NCBI GenBank assembly: GCA_017654855.1 | Contig: CM030332.1 | Span: 2,604,001 to 2,668,000, forward strand | DNA length: 64,000 nt | Origin: Podospora anserina | Taxonomy: Eukaryota | Direction of reading: 5' to 3' | Shown: piece by piece, positions 13,161-25,985 of the stretch | Layout: each line of letters begins with the position of its first letter | How positions within the stretch are numbered: the stretch's first letter is position 1 | The notes under the pieces: model-generated | Seen by the model: the letters and a program-made list of their open reading frames with translations, nothing else | Database searches by the model: none | What the model was told of the DNA's origin: nothing | Translations under genes and position numbers: made by a program

Positions 13161-16100
13161 GGTGAAGCCTTGTACGCCCAGTGAAGGACGTCAACACCGA
13201 CTAAAACGAATGACAGGGTTGGGTTAACCGAATGGCAGAAAGAAGGAAAAGCCATCGAAGACGTGTGGGGGAGGCCATCTCTATATGTATCACCATCGCA
13301 AACTGTCAGCGGGGGGAGGGGTGTACGGCAGGATCCATCTCACTTTCTCGCTCGCCGAGGGCACGATGTGGGCGTATTGCGGAAATGGCCATCGCGAACC
13401 ATAGGTTGCACAGACAGCAACGCTGCTCCTCTCTGCTAGGAATAGGCGGAACAAGGGCCCCCCGCAAAGCTAACACTCCTTTGGAGCGCGCGACTGGCTG
13501 GGCCCTTGCGCCAGGCCAGCGAGCCCAGCAAGCACCTGGTCTGGGCATGGAAAGAAGCGAGAGACCTGGTGGGTCATCTCGTTCGACAGAGACAACAGAT
13601 TGCAGGGGTTCTTTTTTCCATCGTCGAAAGGGGTGGGTCAGTGAGACAGGGGTGTGGTGCACATCAAGACTTCCAGTCCAGGAATGCAGCGGCAATATTG
13701 CGTACGGAGGTGCAGTTGGTGTGGTCCCTGATGGTCGCAACGGTCAGGCTGCTGCTGGTGCTGTTGCTGTTGCTACAGTACATACGACTGATCTTGGTTG
13801 ACGGCGGGACTCGCAGCCAACGAATGAGGGCCGATGTGGTGATGTTGATGTGGGTGGCTCCAAAAAACCAATCCCTTCTTCGGCACTCCAACTGGAACCA
13901 GGGGAAATGACAAGCGCCATGATAAGATTTTCTCTCAGTGGGGTGGCTATTGAGGGCATTTCTGACATTTTGTTGCTGGGTTATGACTTCTTCTCAGACC
14001 AGGACTGGCTCTCCGCTGTTGAACCATCCACTCAGACTCTCCAAAGCTACTCCGTGCCCATATTCTCGCGAGACCGTCGAAGGATTGCTCGGTGAAGGGG
14101 CCGGATAATCGGAGAACGCCATGGTCAGCGATGGGCTGAAGTGTTGCCAGCATGCTGATGTGGAAATTTTGTCTCGCCAAGCATCTTTGGTGAAGGAGTT
14201 CAACGGGCCCAGGTCCGGTCCAGGCTTCCATTGCATTGCCCCTCGGCGCATGGAAATTGGGGATTGCTGGAAGCCGGCCCCCCGTGGTCAAGCCATCCGG
14301 TGACGGGCTCGGCTAACTAGGCCTAACCTGTACATGACAGGCCTTTTTATTTTTTATTTTTTACGGGAGGCCAATGCCCTCAATGCACACACCGTCGACT
14401 TCTGTGTCACCAGGCGGGATACGAGGACGGCGCGGAGCTGTGCGGATGGATATGGAGTTTTGTTCTGTCAGCCCGGTTTAATAAATGCCGGTCCGATGAC
14501 GCTCGACAGAGTACCCCGAATGGAAGCTGGAATCTGAAATCCCTTCAGAAGATGAGAAAACGAGTCCAGTCCGAGCTCACACGTGTTGGTCCACTGGGAG
14601 ATCCATCAGAAAGGTCCAGCTATTCGGGACTATTGAAGAGGACCCCGGCCTGCTGGGACCGGCCGGTGATCATTGTTGATGGAGGCGATCGTCCGGTTCT
14701 TGCTGTTGCTCTGTTTCCCCTTTGAGCCAGCAAGCCAGGGGCATGATAACTTTATTTCAGTGACCTCTCTCGTTTGATTGGACAGGCGGCACGGACGCTC
14801 CTCGGATTCAGGTACCTGTTTGACGACCTTTCAGCAGACAGTCATGCCATTCTCACCGCTCAGGAAGGTGACGGCGATTCGCTGATGGTCGCATCTCGCA
14901 GTTCGCTCTTTTGACTGGAATAAGCTGTATGCATTTTGTCGGTTTGGGGCAAGCGGTTGAAGGGCTATTGTCCGAACTGCAGCTGAGCGCAACGAAAGAG
15001 GCATAGCTCGATCACCTGCTGCCCCACCCCCTACCTACTCCGCGCTCAGCCCTGCAATCGTCAAGCCATCAGTGCCATCCGCAACCGACTCTGCCGACTG
15101 TGCCATCTCTGAGCACTCGCTCACCTTGCCGTACCAGACTCCGGAACTCTCTGGCTTTTCTCCCGACCGCCTTCACGTCTCACAAACGACGCCGTAGGTA
15201 GACCCAAGATCGCCAAGCACTTCTCCGGAATGGAAGCTGCCGATATTGAAATCTGGGGACGTACTCAGCGACTGTTATCAGTCTATCCATATCCATCTCC
15301 CCACGGGGCTGTAAAGCCAGCAAGATGCAAGACACTGTCTCAAAAGAGGGTGTGTGGTGAGTGGGGGTTTGATGTTGAGGTCGACGACTGTGATATGGAC
15401 ACCACTCTCAGAGAGACCTCGGCCTCGGGCACCGTACACCGGGCACTCTGACACTCAAATTCTCGCCAAGTTGACTCAAGTCCGACATTAACCATGCAGT
15501 CAGAAAACACAAAGTCCCTGATAGACCTCGCCGTACAGCAACCAACAAGGCACGATTCATGCAGGCACCTGCACAGTTCATTACTGACCCCATCACCGCA
15601 GCAATATCGATACAACTTATTAAGGTTGAGTCCGGCCTGTTGTTGCTTCTTGGACATATCTTTGCCCTTTCAACTTACATTCGTCCTATTTTTGGCTACC
15701 ATGCGATGGTCTCGGATACTGACGATAGTACGTAACGATAGCGGAGTCAAGTGGACGTCAACAGAGTCTCGGCGGACGTTCGCGGAGAATTGGTAGCTAC
15801 CCGACGAGGGAGTACAGCATCACAATCCGATGCTGGCTTTCGGGGATGGACAGTAACACGAGTCTTGCGGTCAGCAAAAAGACATACAAACTGGGCGAGC
15901 TCGCATCAGCATCCGTCCAAGGTAGCATTGCCATATCAACGCTATCAAGACTTCGCACGAGTTTTGACAACTGTTGTTTTAACCACTCAAATATCAGCAT
16001 CACCATCGGCGTATCGCACTTTTGATTTCCCATGCTGGCTGCCCCCCCAATATGCAACCCCCCAACGCATACACACACTTACATACTACAATCCCTGTCG

Positions 16101-17407
16101 ATTCATCTTAATGCAGCAAGCCACCGTGGCGGACCCCAGAAGCTCGAGAAATCCCACAAAAATATTGGGTGCAGCCCTCATGGCTCGTATCCATCTGCGA
16201 ACCAACTCATCAACACTCCAGTCACACATAAGCCGAGCTTCTTGGGCTGTATGTCTTGCAACCCAACTCATCCACATTGGACTCCTCTATGATTTTGTAA
16301 CTGCTGGCAGGAATTTGGTGGCGAATGCCACTAGGTCAGAAGGAAACGCCGTTGCAAATTACCAAGGTCAGTGGCTGAGACAAGTTCGCAGTTTGGCCCC
16401 CAATCTGAACAGACCTTCGGTAACCGCTTCACCAAAACGAGATACCCGGCGAGGCGCTACCGGGGTAGGTGACACAAAATTCACAGCAAGACATTCCAAT
16501 GACGAGTTGGAGCAACCGAAGAGTCTTTGGAATGTTTCCGAGGCCAACCGGCAGTCTTTGACATGACCACGTCCCGTCATCAAATTGTTTGGGATTTACT
16601 CACCTCTTCGGTCTCTGTGCGCCCACGTCTGAACAGATGCTGGATTGCTGGTTCGCATAGCACGACATCCACAACGCTGCTGCAATGCTACCTTCTCAAG
16701 ACCTTGGCCTGCGTAGCTGGGTTAAATCGTCCGACATTTCTGCATCCTGTTGACTGCTCTGGGAATTGAATACGGGAGGACTTATCAAAGACTAGCACGA
16801 CAAAGAGGCAGGGTGGGGAGGCCATCCCTGCAACCCCTCGAGCCCCGTCCAAGGGGGGACTTTGGTTTGGCACCGTCACGCTACCACGTCAACCTTCAGC
16901 CGCATCGCATGCTGTCAGTCAGGAATCATCACGGTCTTGGTTACCTCAATTGGATCTTGATCGTCCCACCTTCTGTTGATTCAGAAGACACATGGACGCC
17001 ATGACCAGACTCAAGAAAGTATCAGATGATCCCAGTCAGCTTTCGGCTCAATAATTGAGTCAAGCTTAACAAAGAGTTATTCCTGTCCCAGGACCCTGCA
17101 TAACATGCATGTGCACGCCAGACAGATGTCAGTTGTCGGATGCAGAAAAAGTCAATGTCTCATGGAAACAGAAGGTTTCAGGTACAGCTTCGACATAATT
17201 CGGACGACATCTTATCAGTCCGCCACCTACCCTGCCGCGTTGTATAATATGTATATTTTGCTTATCCAATTACTAAACGGAGCACACAGTCCTATATTTC
17301 ACGCTAGCCATTGAGCGTATGTACTGTCAAAAGGGGCATCACAATCCTTCCCGTTCTCGATTTGATCTGAGAGAGGCGAAGCATATAGGCCATACAGCAA
17401 CACGCTA

Positions 17408-17420
17408 CGCGCGCGCGCGC
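17408..17420. repeat. (CG)6 alternating dinucleotide tract
   Basis: cgcgcgcgcgcgc read directly. Confidence 0.85.
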
Positions 17421-19067
17421 CCACTGAACAGGCAAGGAGACTAGCTTGTTCCTGTTTCTTTTAAAATCACTGGAACGTCAAGGTTGAGCGCCACACGTAG
17501 ATCTATTTCTTGTTTTTCTTGTTTACCCCCTGGGGGAAAAAAGCTTCATCTTCTGCAGAGCCCTGACGCTATCGAATTTCACAAATTTGTTATGGTTTCA
17601 GAGGTTGATGGAGAAGTCGAGAAGAGGGTGTGTGTCGACGAATGTGGGAGCTGGTTGTTCATCAATCTTCTGACCCCCATTCAGGGGGCATGAGGGAGGG
17701 GCTGGCCACTCACACCAGCTTACTTACACACACCACACCGCTTGGCGGAAATAAACAATGTCAGAAGGTTGTTGGTTTGGAATGTTGAGCAGTAAATTTG
17801 AAGCTAGGGTCTAGACGCCCTTCAGCTCTGGAAATGGGTGTGATATTCCCTCGGTTGTCGATGACAGGACAATGACGAGGAGGCACATGCTGCCAGATGT
17901 CTGGAATCATTGCTGTGATGGAAATTTCGGCCCGTTTTTGTTGATGATTTACGTACGTACATGTTCTTACGGTGAAGATAAAAGTTGGGTGGTTGTGGCT
18001 GGGGCCAAGAGAGAGGCACGTTCGTATGAAGAAGGACAGGGAAGCCACAGGATATATTTGAGTAAGAACTCGCTTGTTACTAACGAATGGGGATGGTGGC
18101 AAGCCACAAATTATAGGGGAGGGAGGGAATGGAAAACTCCGGCTTGGTGACGTCGTTGGGTTGGAACAGTCGAAGAAAGAGACGAGGTGAAGATTGTACC
18201 AAGACATCAAATCTTCCGCAGAGAGGCGGATTGAGATTGAGAGCTGGAATATGGGATGGCCTCGTTCACATGCGGTCATCTTCTTGGTCTGGCAACTCAA
18301 AAATGTTTACGGCGGGCTAGATCGTCTCTGCTGACTTGAACATCCAGCCACGTGATGACAGAAGAACAGCTGAGATGATCGACATGGCCACATACGGCAT
18401 CAATCTCTTTTCTGGTTGAAGGCTCCGAATCGATTCGGGCGTAAGACGGACAGGATGTTTCTGTCAAGTGAGGCAGCTAACGGTAAGCATTCATATGGCG
18501 CGGCCGTTCGTCCTTCCGGACTCCTCGTCGGCTCTTCTGGACGACACGGACGGCTGAGCAGATCAATCCCAATAGACTCGGCATACTTTCTATCATTTGA
18601 TAGTCAGTTCTTGTTTCGATGGCCGCCCTTCCAGAGGTCAACTTGTTTCAGCGGTGATCGCGGTTGACACTCGAGACATCCCCTAATCAAGCTTACAATC
18701 CCAACAATCCCAAGAACACCATCTAACTGACCATACCAACACTATATGCCGCAGGAAGATCACCTGCCTTCTCTGTACCAAGCACTGTAAAGCTCCGAGT
18801 CTCCTCCTCTATTCAAGCCAGCTTCTAAGAAGACACGCAGACTCCTAAGCAAGTCTACCTTGCCACCTACACCTCGAGCACGACAACAACCTCCCTCAAT
18901 AACACCACTATAAGAACGAGCACACGAGACCTCTGAAGATACCCAACCTTCCTTCCCTCACGGTCTCCAACCTGCAGACTTCACTATCTCTCAGATCAGA
19001 CGGTGAAGGCAACACGCACTCACCAGCCAGCAAGGCTACACAAGCCCCGAGTCAGACCCAAACCATC

Positions 19068-19186
19068 ACATACGACCATACCTTCAAGAAAACTCGGCAT
19101 CCCGTCCGCTCTGCCCTAGATAAGCTTGAAAGGGCCAGATCAGTACTCAGGTGGGTGACCACTGGGGAATCCCTGGTGTTGTATGT
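19068..19186 (+). rRNA. 5S ribosomal RNA (dispersed copy)
   Basis: ACATACGACCATAC...GATCAGTACTCAGGTGGGTGACCACTGGGGAATCCCTGGTGTTGTATGT; helix I pairs 5' ACATACGAC with 3' GTTGTATGT; followed by a TTTT Pol III terminator. Confidence 0.96.
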
Positions 19187-19656
19187 TTTCGCTGGTGCCC
19201 ACTTTTTGCTTGGATTGTTGATGTTTTGACTGTGTGTTTGAAAAATTGCAAGAGTGTCTTCAAGAGGAGGTTTTGCTGAGATCCATTGGGCATCAAGCAA
19301 GAGAAGTATCGAAAGTGCATCACATACGCGCTCTTTATGTGTGTTCATGCTCAAGCTGGTTGGGCTTTTCTCTCTCAAGCTGAACATCAACCATTTCCCG
19401 CCAGGTTCCTTTTCTCCCTGATGCCTCCTCTCAAGCAGTCCAGCAGAATAATGGAAAACCTTGAATCATAAAATTTCACTCTCAAAACATAAACTCTCTT
19501 CCATGGCCTTTCCTTCTTAGCCTCCCCTGAAGGACCCACATTCATTCCCACAAAAAACTTAACCACGAAATTTTCTCAACAACTACACACCTATGATAAA
19601 TACCTCAACTTTGCCGCCAAAACAACATCAAGACACATGGTTGAAATAGCCACTTC

Positions 19657-19743
19657 GCCCGGCTAGCTCAATCGGTAGAGCGTGAGACTCTTAAGGAGTA
19701 CTCCGAAATCTCAAGGTTGTGGGTTCGACCCCCACGTCGGGCT
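19657..19743 (+). tRNA. tRNA-Lys(CTT) with 14-nt intron (19694-19707)
   Basis: Acceptor stem GCCCGGC/GTCGGGC, D-arm TAGCTCAATCGGTAGAGC, anticodon arm TGAGA-CT-CTT-A, T-loop GGTTCGACCC. Confidence 0.96.
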
Positions 19744-20043
19744 CAATTCCCGTCTAACGACACTGCCATGTATATTTTTTCCCCCTCCTGAGAATCTTTT
19801 TTTCTTCTGCTATCTTGGACAATGGGTATACACTCTTCCTGAATTATGTTGGTTGAGCCCTCCTTTGTTGAGAGCCATGATTGTTTCATACTTGCCTTAC
19901 CAGGTATGTGTGATTGACATCTGGTATACAATACATAACCATATACATCACCACATCCATCCCTTCCTCTCTTGATATCCCATTCTCCCCCTACCACCTC
20001 CTCATTCTTCCCAACCTTTCCACCTTCCCTCCCATCCCTCCCC

Positions 20044-21273
20044 TCACCTCATAACCCCCTCAACAACCACCTCCCACTCCCCCCTATCCACCCTCGCCCC
20101 AAAATGCGGACACCTCACCACCCTCCTACCCCCCAACTCCCCCTTCAACCTCTCGACCCGTCCCATCACCCTCTCCACCCCATATTTCGCCAAAATCTCA
20201 AACCAAGCCTGCACAGGCGTGATCTCGGTCCTGTCCTCGCCTTCTTTTTCCAACACTTTTGAGAGCCGGTACAAATTTTTTAGTGTGAGGGCTGAGTTTT
20301 CCCATTCTAGGGACTCAGTTCCCGATGATGATGGTTTGAGATTGATGCCACTTCCCGGGAAAAGCTGGGTGCGTTTGGCGGCTGTGAAAATTGATGACGG
20401 GGCGGAGGACAGGGCGAGGGATGTTGCGGTGAGGGAGTGCCCTTGGGAGGAGTGGAATGGGGGGGTGGTGACTGGGGAGGAGGTGGAAGGGGAGAAGTGG
20501 GAGGGGTGGAAGTGGGTTCTGCAGGTGTGTTCTAGTCTATTTCGAGAGACAAAAAGTCAGTAGTGGTTCAAGAGAAAAAGGCGGGGGGGGAAGACCAACG
20601 CGAGGATAAAGTTGATGGCGGTTTGGATTTGGGGTGGGGTCATGTAGGGTAGCTCGGGGGGGTGGTCGGGGGTGTTGGTGATGGGGTTTTTGGTTGGGGT
20701 GGTGATCGAGGAAGAGGAAGCAGGGGCGAAAGTTGCTGTTGTCGGTGGTGTGGGTAGGATGCTAGAGTTGGGGATGGCGGTTGCTGCTGTGGTGGCTTTC
20801 GTCACTGCTTCAAACCCTGGGGATGATAACCCGCTAACCATGTAACACGGCGCGCCTAGCACCTCGTCGTAGCCGAGCTGCATCGTCATTGTGAAGTTCA
20901 TTTTTTCAGACATATACCACGGCCCTGCTACCCCTTGCTGCTGTTGCGGCGGCGCTGGCTGTGGACCTGGGAATGACACCCCGTTCCTCAACCTCAACTC
21001 GGCCTTCATCCCCTCATTCTCCACCCTCAACACCCTCCTCTCCTTGTCCACGTCCTCAATCTGCTTCCTTATCTTGGCCACCTCTTGCTCAAGCTCCTTG
21101 ACATAGTTGGCTTTGCGTTGGCGGTGCTGGATCTGCGCTCGTCTGACTTGGGCGCGGCGGTGGGCGGCTTTTGATTCTGGGACTCCAGAGCCGTCGTTTC
21201 CTTGGTTGTCTGATGATTGTTCTGGGGATGAGGAGCAAAAGTTAGGGGGCTGGTACAGTTGTAGGTAGATCAT
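20044..21273 (-). CDS. bZIP transcription factor with fungal C-terminal domain
   Basis: Basic region HRRAQVRRAQIQHRQRKANYVKELE plus leucine zipper; intron 20537-20599 joins AINFILA|LEHTCRTHFH; C-terminal EITPVQAWF...CPHFGA. Confidence 0.88.
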
Positions 21274-22462
21274 AATGGTGGTGTGGTGGTGTAGGTGGTG
21301 ATGAAGGGGACAGCCAAAGTCAGAGACACACCTCAGGTAAGGTGGTAGGAATGAGAAAGATTTAACAAAACCACTACACTGTGCAACTACCGTGCATAGA
21401 TCGGAGTTGGGAAAACATGGTAGGGTATAAGATGATCGATGATCACCCCCCCTAGAACAACCCCCAGCCATCAAGGTCCTTCAGACCGCCTACCAAAAGA
21501 CAAGACAATGACAAATCTTTCCTCCCCAAATCCGAACCCGACAGCAACCCTTCCCCGCAACATTTATATTGAGCCGCATCGCATGACAGGTGTGTAGTGA
21601 CAAATACTTCTGACCTTAAACAAAACAGCACTTGCTGTGGTAGTATTCATGTACGTAGGGGTTGTCAGGGAATCATCCCACAGAAAAAAAAGAGAATGGC
21701 AACTTACCACCACCGCTACCAACAGCCGACCCCCCCGCTTCTACAAACTTCACCTCCTTCTTCTTCCTCCCCTGCCCCAAAGCTAATTCCTTCCCTTTTT
21801 TCCAAAACGAAACGAACGATGGTCTGTGGGTGTTGTTGTTGTGGGTGGTGGTGGTGTTATCGTCTTGTGGGGGGTGTTGATCTGTCATTGTTGTTGGCTG
21901 CCCTAGGTACTCTCCCCGAACCAGCCAGCTAGCTGTTTTGATCAATCAACCCAGAATAGAATGTATTGTCATTAAAGTCTCCCAATTCTCAAGCCCACAT
22001 CCGTCTGAACAGGTGGTATTGATGTAGCGTTGAAGGATGCAACCATACCTTATACTGAGTTGGTCAAAGATGAATGCACCACCATAGATAGATAGGCATG
22101 CTCCGTTCTGTACGAACCAAACCTCAGATTCTCAAACTTCAGAAAGATGCAGCCATCTTCCACCAAGTAAAAAATAAACATAAAACACAACATGTAACAC
22201 AGCCCCCAATCCTCAGGTACGGTCTGTGGCCTTGTAGAGTTGGAAAATAAACTGGCCTCCTCGCCCCAGACCAACATATCTCTTGGTTTATTGTAACACG
22301 TCGATCAGCGCCATCCCGATTAGCCGTAGTCTACCCAAGGCTGATTTGGTGAGCATGTGGTCCAATCAGCCACGCCGCTCACCTCTACCAAGAACTGAGC
22401 AATCCCTCCAAGTAGAACAATGTCATCATTCTACGTACGGATATTCTAACTGTACCCTCCTC

Positions 22463-22490
22463 ACAACAACAACAACAACCACAACAACAA
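22463..22490. repeat. Imperfect (ACA)n microsatellite
   Basis: cacaacaacaacaacaaccacaacaacaa. Confidence 0.7.
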
Positions 22491-22772
22491 GGCATCTCAA
22501 CAAGCTCTATTCACTCCAACTACAGTTCGCTCCATGATGACCGAAAACAACAGTCTATCACCAAACAAGAAAAGGAAAAAAGACAACAAAAACATACAAT
22601 ATCAATAACGCCGCTTCCGATGCTAATCCCATAATGCGCCCCATCCCTCCCTTCCGAAAAAAAAGAGCAATAACCCCCCACCATATCCCATATCGAAAAA
22701 GACTACTTTGGTGCACAAAAGCACCCTCCCCAACGCCAGGTCCATGCATACCACCGCTTCACATCTCCCCTC

Positions 22773-25106
22773 TTAATCCGCCCTCTCATCATCAGTAGCC
22801 GTATCCTCCTCAAACAACTCCTCCCTATCCTCCAACTCCTCCTCCCCCATCTCACTCTCCTCCTCACTCCCCTCCTCATCACTATCCTCCTCCTCTTCAT
22901 CCTCATCAGTAGCCTCCGCCCCCGGCTTCCTCAACACACTAATCGGCGACCAAGTAACATAGTTATTCTCCAGATCTAACCACCTTCTCGCGATGGGCAG
23001 CTGAAACGGATCAAACGGGAAACAAGCCTCCAAATGCGTCCACTTCTCATTATCAAACTCAAACCCCGTGTCCCTCAGCGCGCCGCCTTGGGCATAACTC
23101 CCAGTGTAAAACTGCGAGAGGTGAATGCTCTTGTTTTTTTCGATTTGGGGGTAGATGTACATCAGCCCAAGGTGGTGAGCAAGTTGGGCGAATTCTTCGA
23201 CGATGACGGGGGAGCAGCATTTGAGGGGCTGGTAGGGGGGTTTAGCTATACTGAGCTGATACTGGGTGATAAGAACAAGAAACTTACATTGAGCTTGCTG
23301 GCAATATTGGCGTGCATTCTCTTTTTGAGATCTGGCATCCAGGGCAGATCTTGTCCGAGGAACGACGCCGGATCGTCCCAGTCAACGTTGTCTGGGAGTG
23401 CACCCTGGTCGAGGAGATCTCTCCACCGGAAGCAAAAGATGTAGAGCAGCCCTTGGAAAGAGGCGCTGAGAAATTGTTAGCCTCTGACAAAGAAATCAAG
23501 GTCTGCAGAGAGAACCTACTAGTATAATGAGTACCGCCGCACGTCCGGACCACGACAGTGCCTGTGCGTCTCCCGATAGTAGTCAATGTAGTCCAAAAGA
23601 CAAGACACAATCAACTGCACAGTGTGGCTCTGAACTCTGGCACCACGAGCAGTAAAGCTTGCGAGATACGCTGCCGCAGCCTGTTTGATGACTGGCGCCT
23701 CGGTGGAGGAGAATCTGCACAAGATCAGCATACCGCCAACAAACAATGGCCAAGAACCCTAGACTTACGCAACAGAGAGTAGCAGGCCAAGAAACATCTC
23801 CATGAGTTGATCAGACTTCATGGCAAACTTGAACAGCAAGTACTGCGTATGGCGGGATTTGAGATGCTGAAGCGTAAACGGTCAGCACTCAACCACTGGA
23901 TTGTCAGGTCACGAAGCCGGCAGAGTGTAGACATACCGGCAGAATGACATTCTTGAAATCGCTCAAAAGATTCTCGAAACACGCCACAGCCTCGTCGCTG
24001 TCCGGTTTCTCAAAGATGGGATCGTAGATGGAAAACACAAGGTCCATGATCGCATCTAGTGTCTCCAGCTTGTTCTTGATTTTTATCACCCGCTTTGTCT
24101 CCTCGGGCAGATCATCGTCATCGCTCATTACCGACTCGTCGTCGCTTTCGTCATCCTCCTGGTCATCCTTGGCATCAGTCTGGATTGATCGCATTACCGC
24201 CCTCGTGGTATCATCTTCATCGTTTTCGAGATCGAGTGTCATCTCCACATCAAGCTTCACCAGCTGCGCGAGGATGAGCTCCATGATATCTCGTTCCAGA
24301 TCAGGGCGGGAGGTCTTGAGTCGCAGAAGATGATCGATGTACGACATGTGGACCGCCTTAGGCTCATCTGTGTAGGGAAACTTGGAGGTAACAAGCTTGA
24401 TAATCATCTTGGACCCCGCCGGAAACAGATCCAGCAAGTACTTGATTCCAACATGCAGCCGCTTCTTCCTCGTCTCCAAGTCAACAGGTGGGAATCCAGG
24501 CACAGCCGAGGAACTCTTCGTCTCGACGAACTTTTCAACCATCATCCTGAGAATCTCGGCGAAAAACGACGCTTGCACCGACGAAAGCGCAGCCAGCAGC
24601 TGAATATAGGCCTTGGCGAAGTTCTCGTCCCTATCCAGCCAAGAGCACCGAAGAACACTTCGAACAAGACCCGTGCATGAACGCCCAAGCATCGGTACAT
24701 AGCCAGTCAAGGCGACTACGTAACCCAGCAGCTCCTGGTGCCTCGGATCCTCCTCATCCTCGTCGGGACTGCTGTTCCTGTTGCTCGGCGCAAACAGGTC
24801 CTTGAGGTTGTCGTAGTCTTGTTCGTCACCGCGGGCCTTGCCCTCGAGGGCCTGTCTGACCTCACGCTTGGCGTCTTCAAAGCTCTTGCCGCTGATCTCC
24901 CTAACCATATTCAAGTTCTCATTGAAAACGACCGTCTTCTTCTGCCTTTTCATAGGGTGCTCCTCCTCATCGGCTCCATCTGAATCGTCGGCGCGGGATC
25001 GTGTGCCCAGTACGGATGCTGTTGGTTTTCTCAGGATCGGCTTGATTGGCGACGAAGCCACAGTTGGCGCATAGGCCAGGCGCGAGAGGGGGGTATTGGT
25101 CGTCAT
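22773..25106 (-). CDS. RRN3: RNA polymerase I-specific transcription initiation factor Rrn3
   Basis: Five exons splice in frame; motifs LVKLDVE, KSRHTQYLLF, AAAAYLASFTARGA, FQGLLYIFCFRWRDL, LN|PLKCCSP, LEACFPFDPFQLP. Confidence 0.95.
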
Positions 25107-25985
25107 TTTGTGAGAGAGGTCAATGTCTCTTTTCGAATAACCGGTCGACGACACCGGGTTTGAGGAGGTAGGTGCTGTTCGGAGGAAGGTTGGTTCGGGG
25201 AGGCGAACCGGACAAGATCAAATTGATCGTGGTCAAGGGCGCGTTAACCTTTTGCGTGACGTGGGGATTTACCAGAGGGTTGCCGAATCAGCATAGTTGT
25301 CGCCTCGTCCCTATTTTGAAAAGAGACAAAAATGAAGCTGTGATCTCTGCCAGCCAGCAGTGTCTAGGATGTCGGTTGCTGGGTTGCCTGGTCGCTGGCG
25401 ATTCCTCAGCTTTTCTGCCACTTCAAACTCCACCTTTGTTGCTGGAAAAGTTGAAAAAGGCTGGTTGAACTTTTTGCGGTTGAAGGGTCTTCCCCGCTAG
25501 TGGCACGTGCGCGGTGGATGCTGCGGGGCCCAATCAGGAAGGCGGTCAGTCTTGGAGCAACCACCCTTGACCGAGTGACAACACTCGCCGAGCATTATAT
25601 GGGAGCACTGGAAGGTGAGAGAAGGTGAGGGCGACAAGTGAATAATTGATAATATCATTCACTTCGAGCTTAGTCAACTTTACAAAATCAATTACAGCTA
25701 AATCAACCCATCCAAATCAACAAACCAGAACGGCCTACAGCAGTGTCAACGTCAAGGGGAATCTAACTGCTGCCCACAAAAGCACAAAACGCAAGACCTG
25801 TCCTTGTTTTCCCAAGCCCTTACCATCCCGCCAAAACCAACTTTGTCCTCATGTACCTTTCGGCCAGGGCTCAGATGTCGGCTGTCTTTTGCAGAACACC
25901 AAACCAACTCCTCCCAACCGAGTGTAGATACTCATACAGATAGAAAGAAGAAAAGCATTGGGCACAGGTCCCAGAAATCAAGGGA

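Noticed and set aside
15751..16566. 271-aa ORF in the gene-free interval
   Set aside because: Starts at GTG, and has no recognisable domain or coding-like composition
21274..21474. In-frame upstream extension of the bZIP ORF
   Set aside because: Low-information sequence spanning a TATA-like element; more likely promoter or 5' UTR
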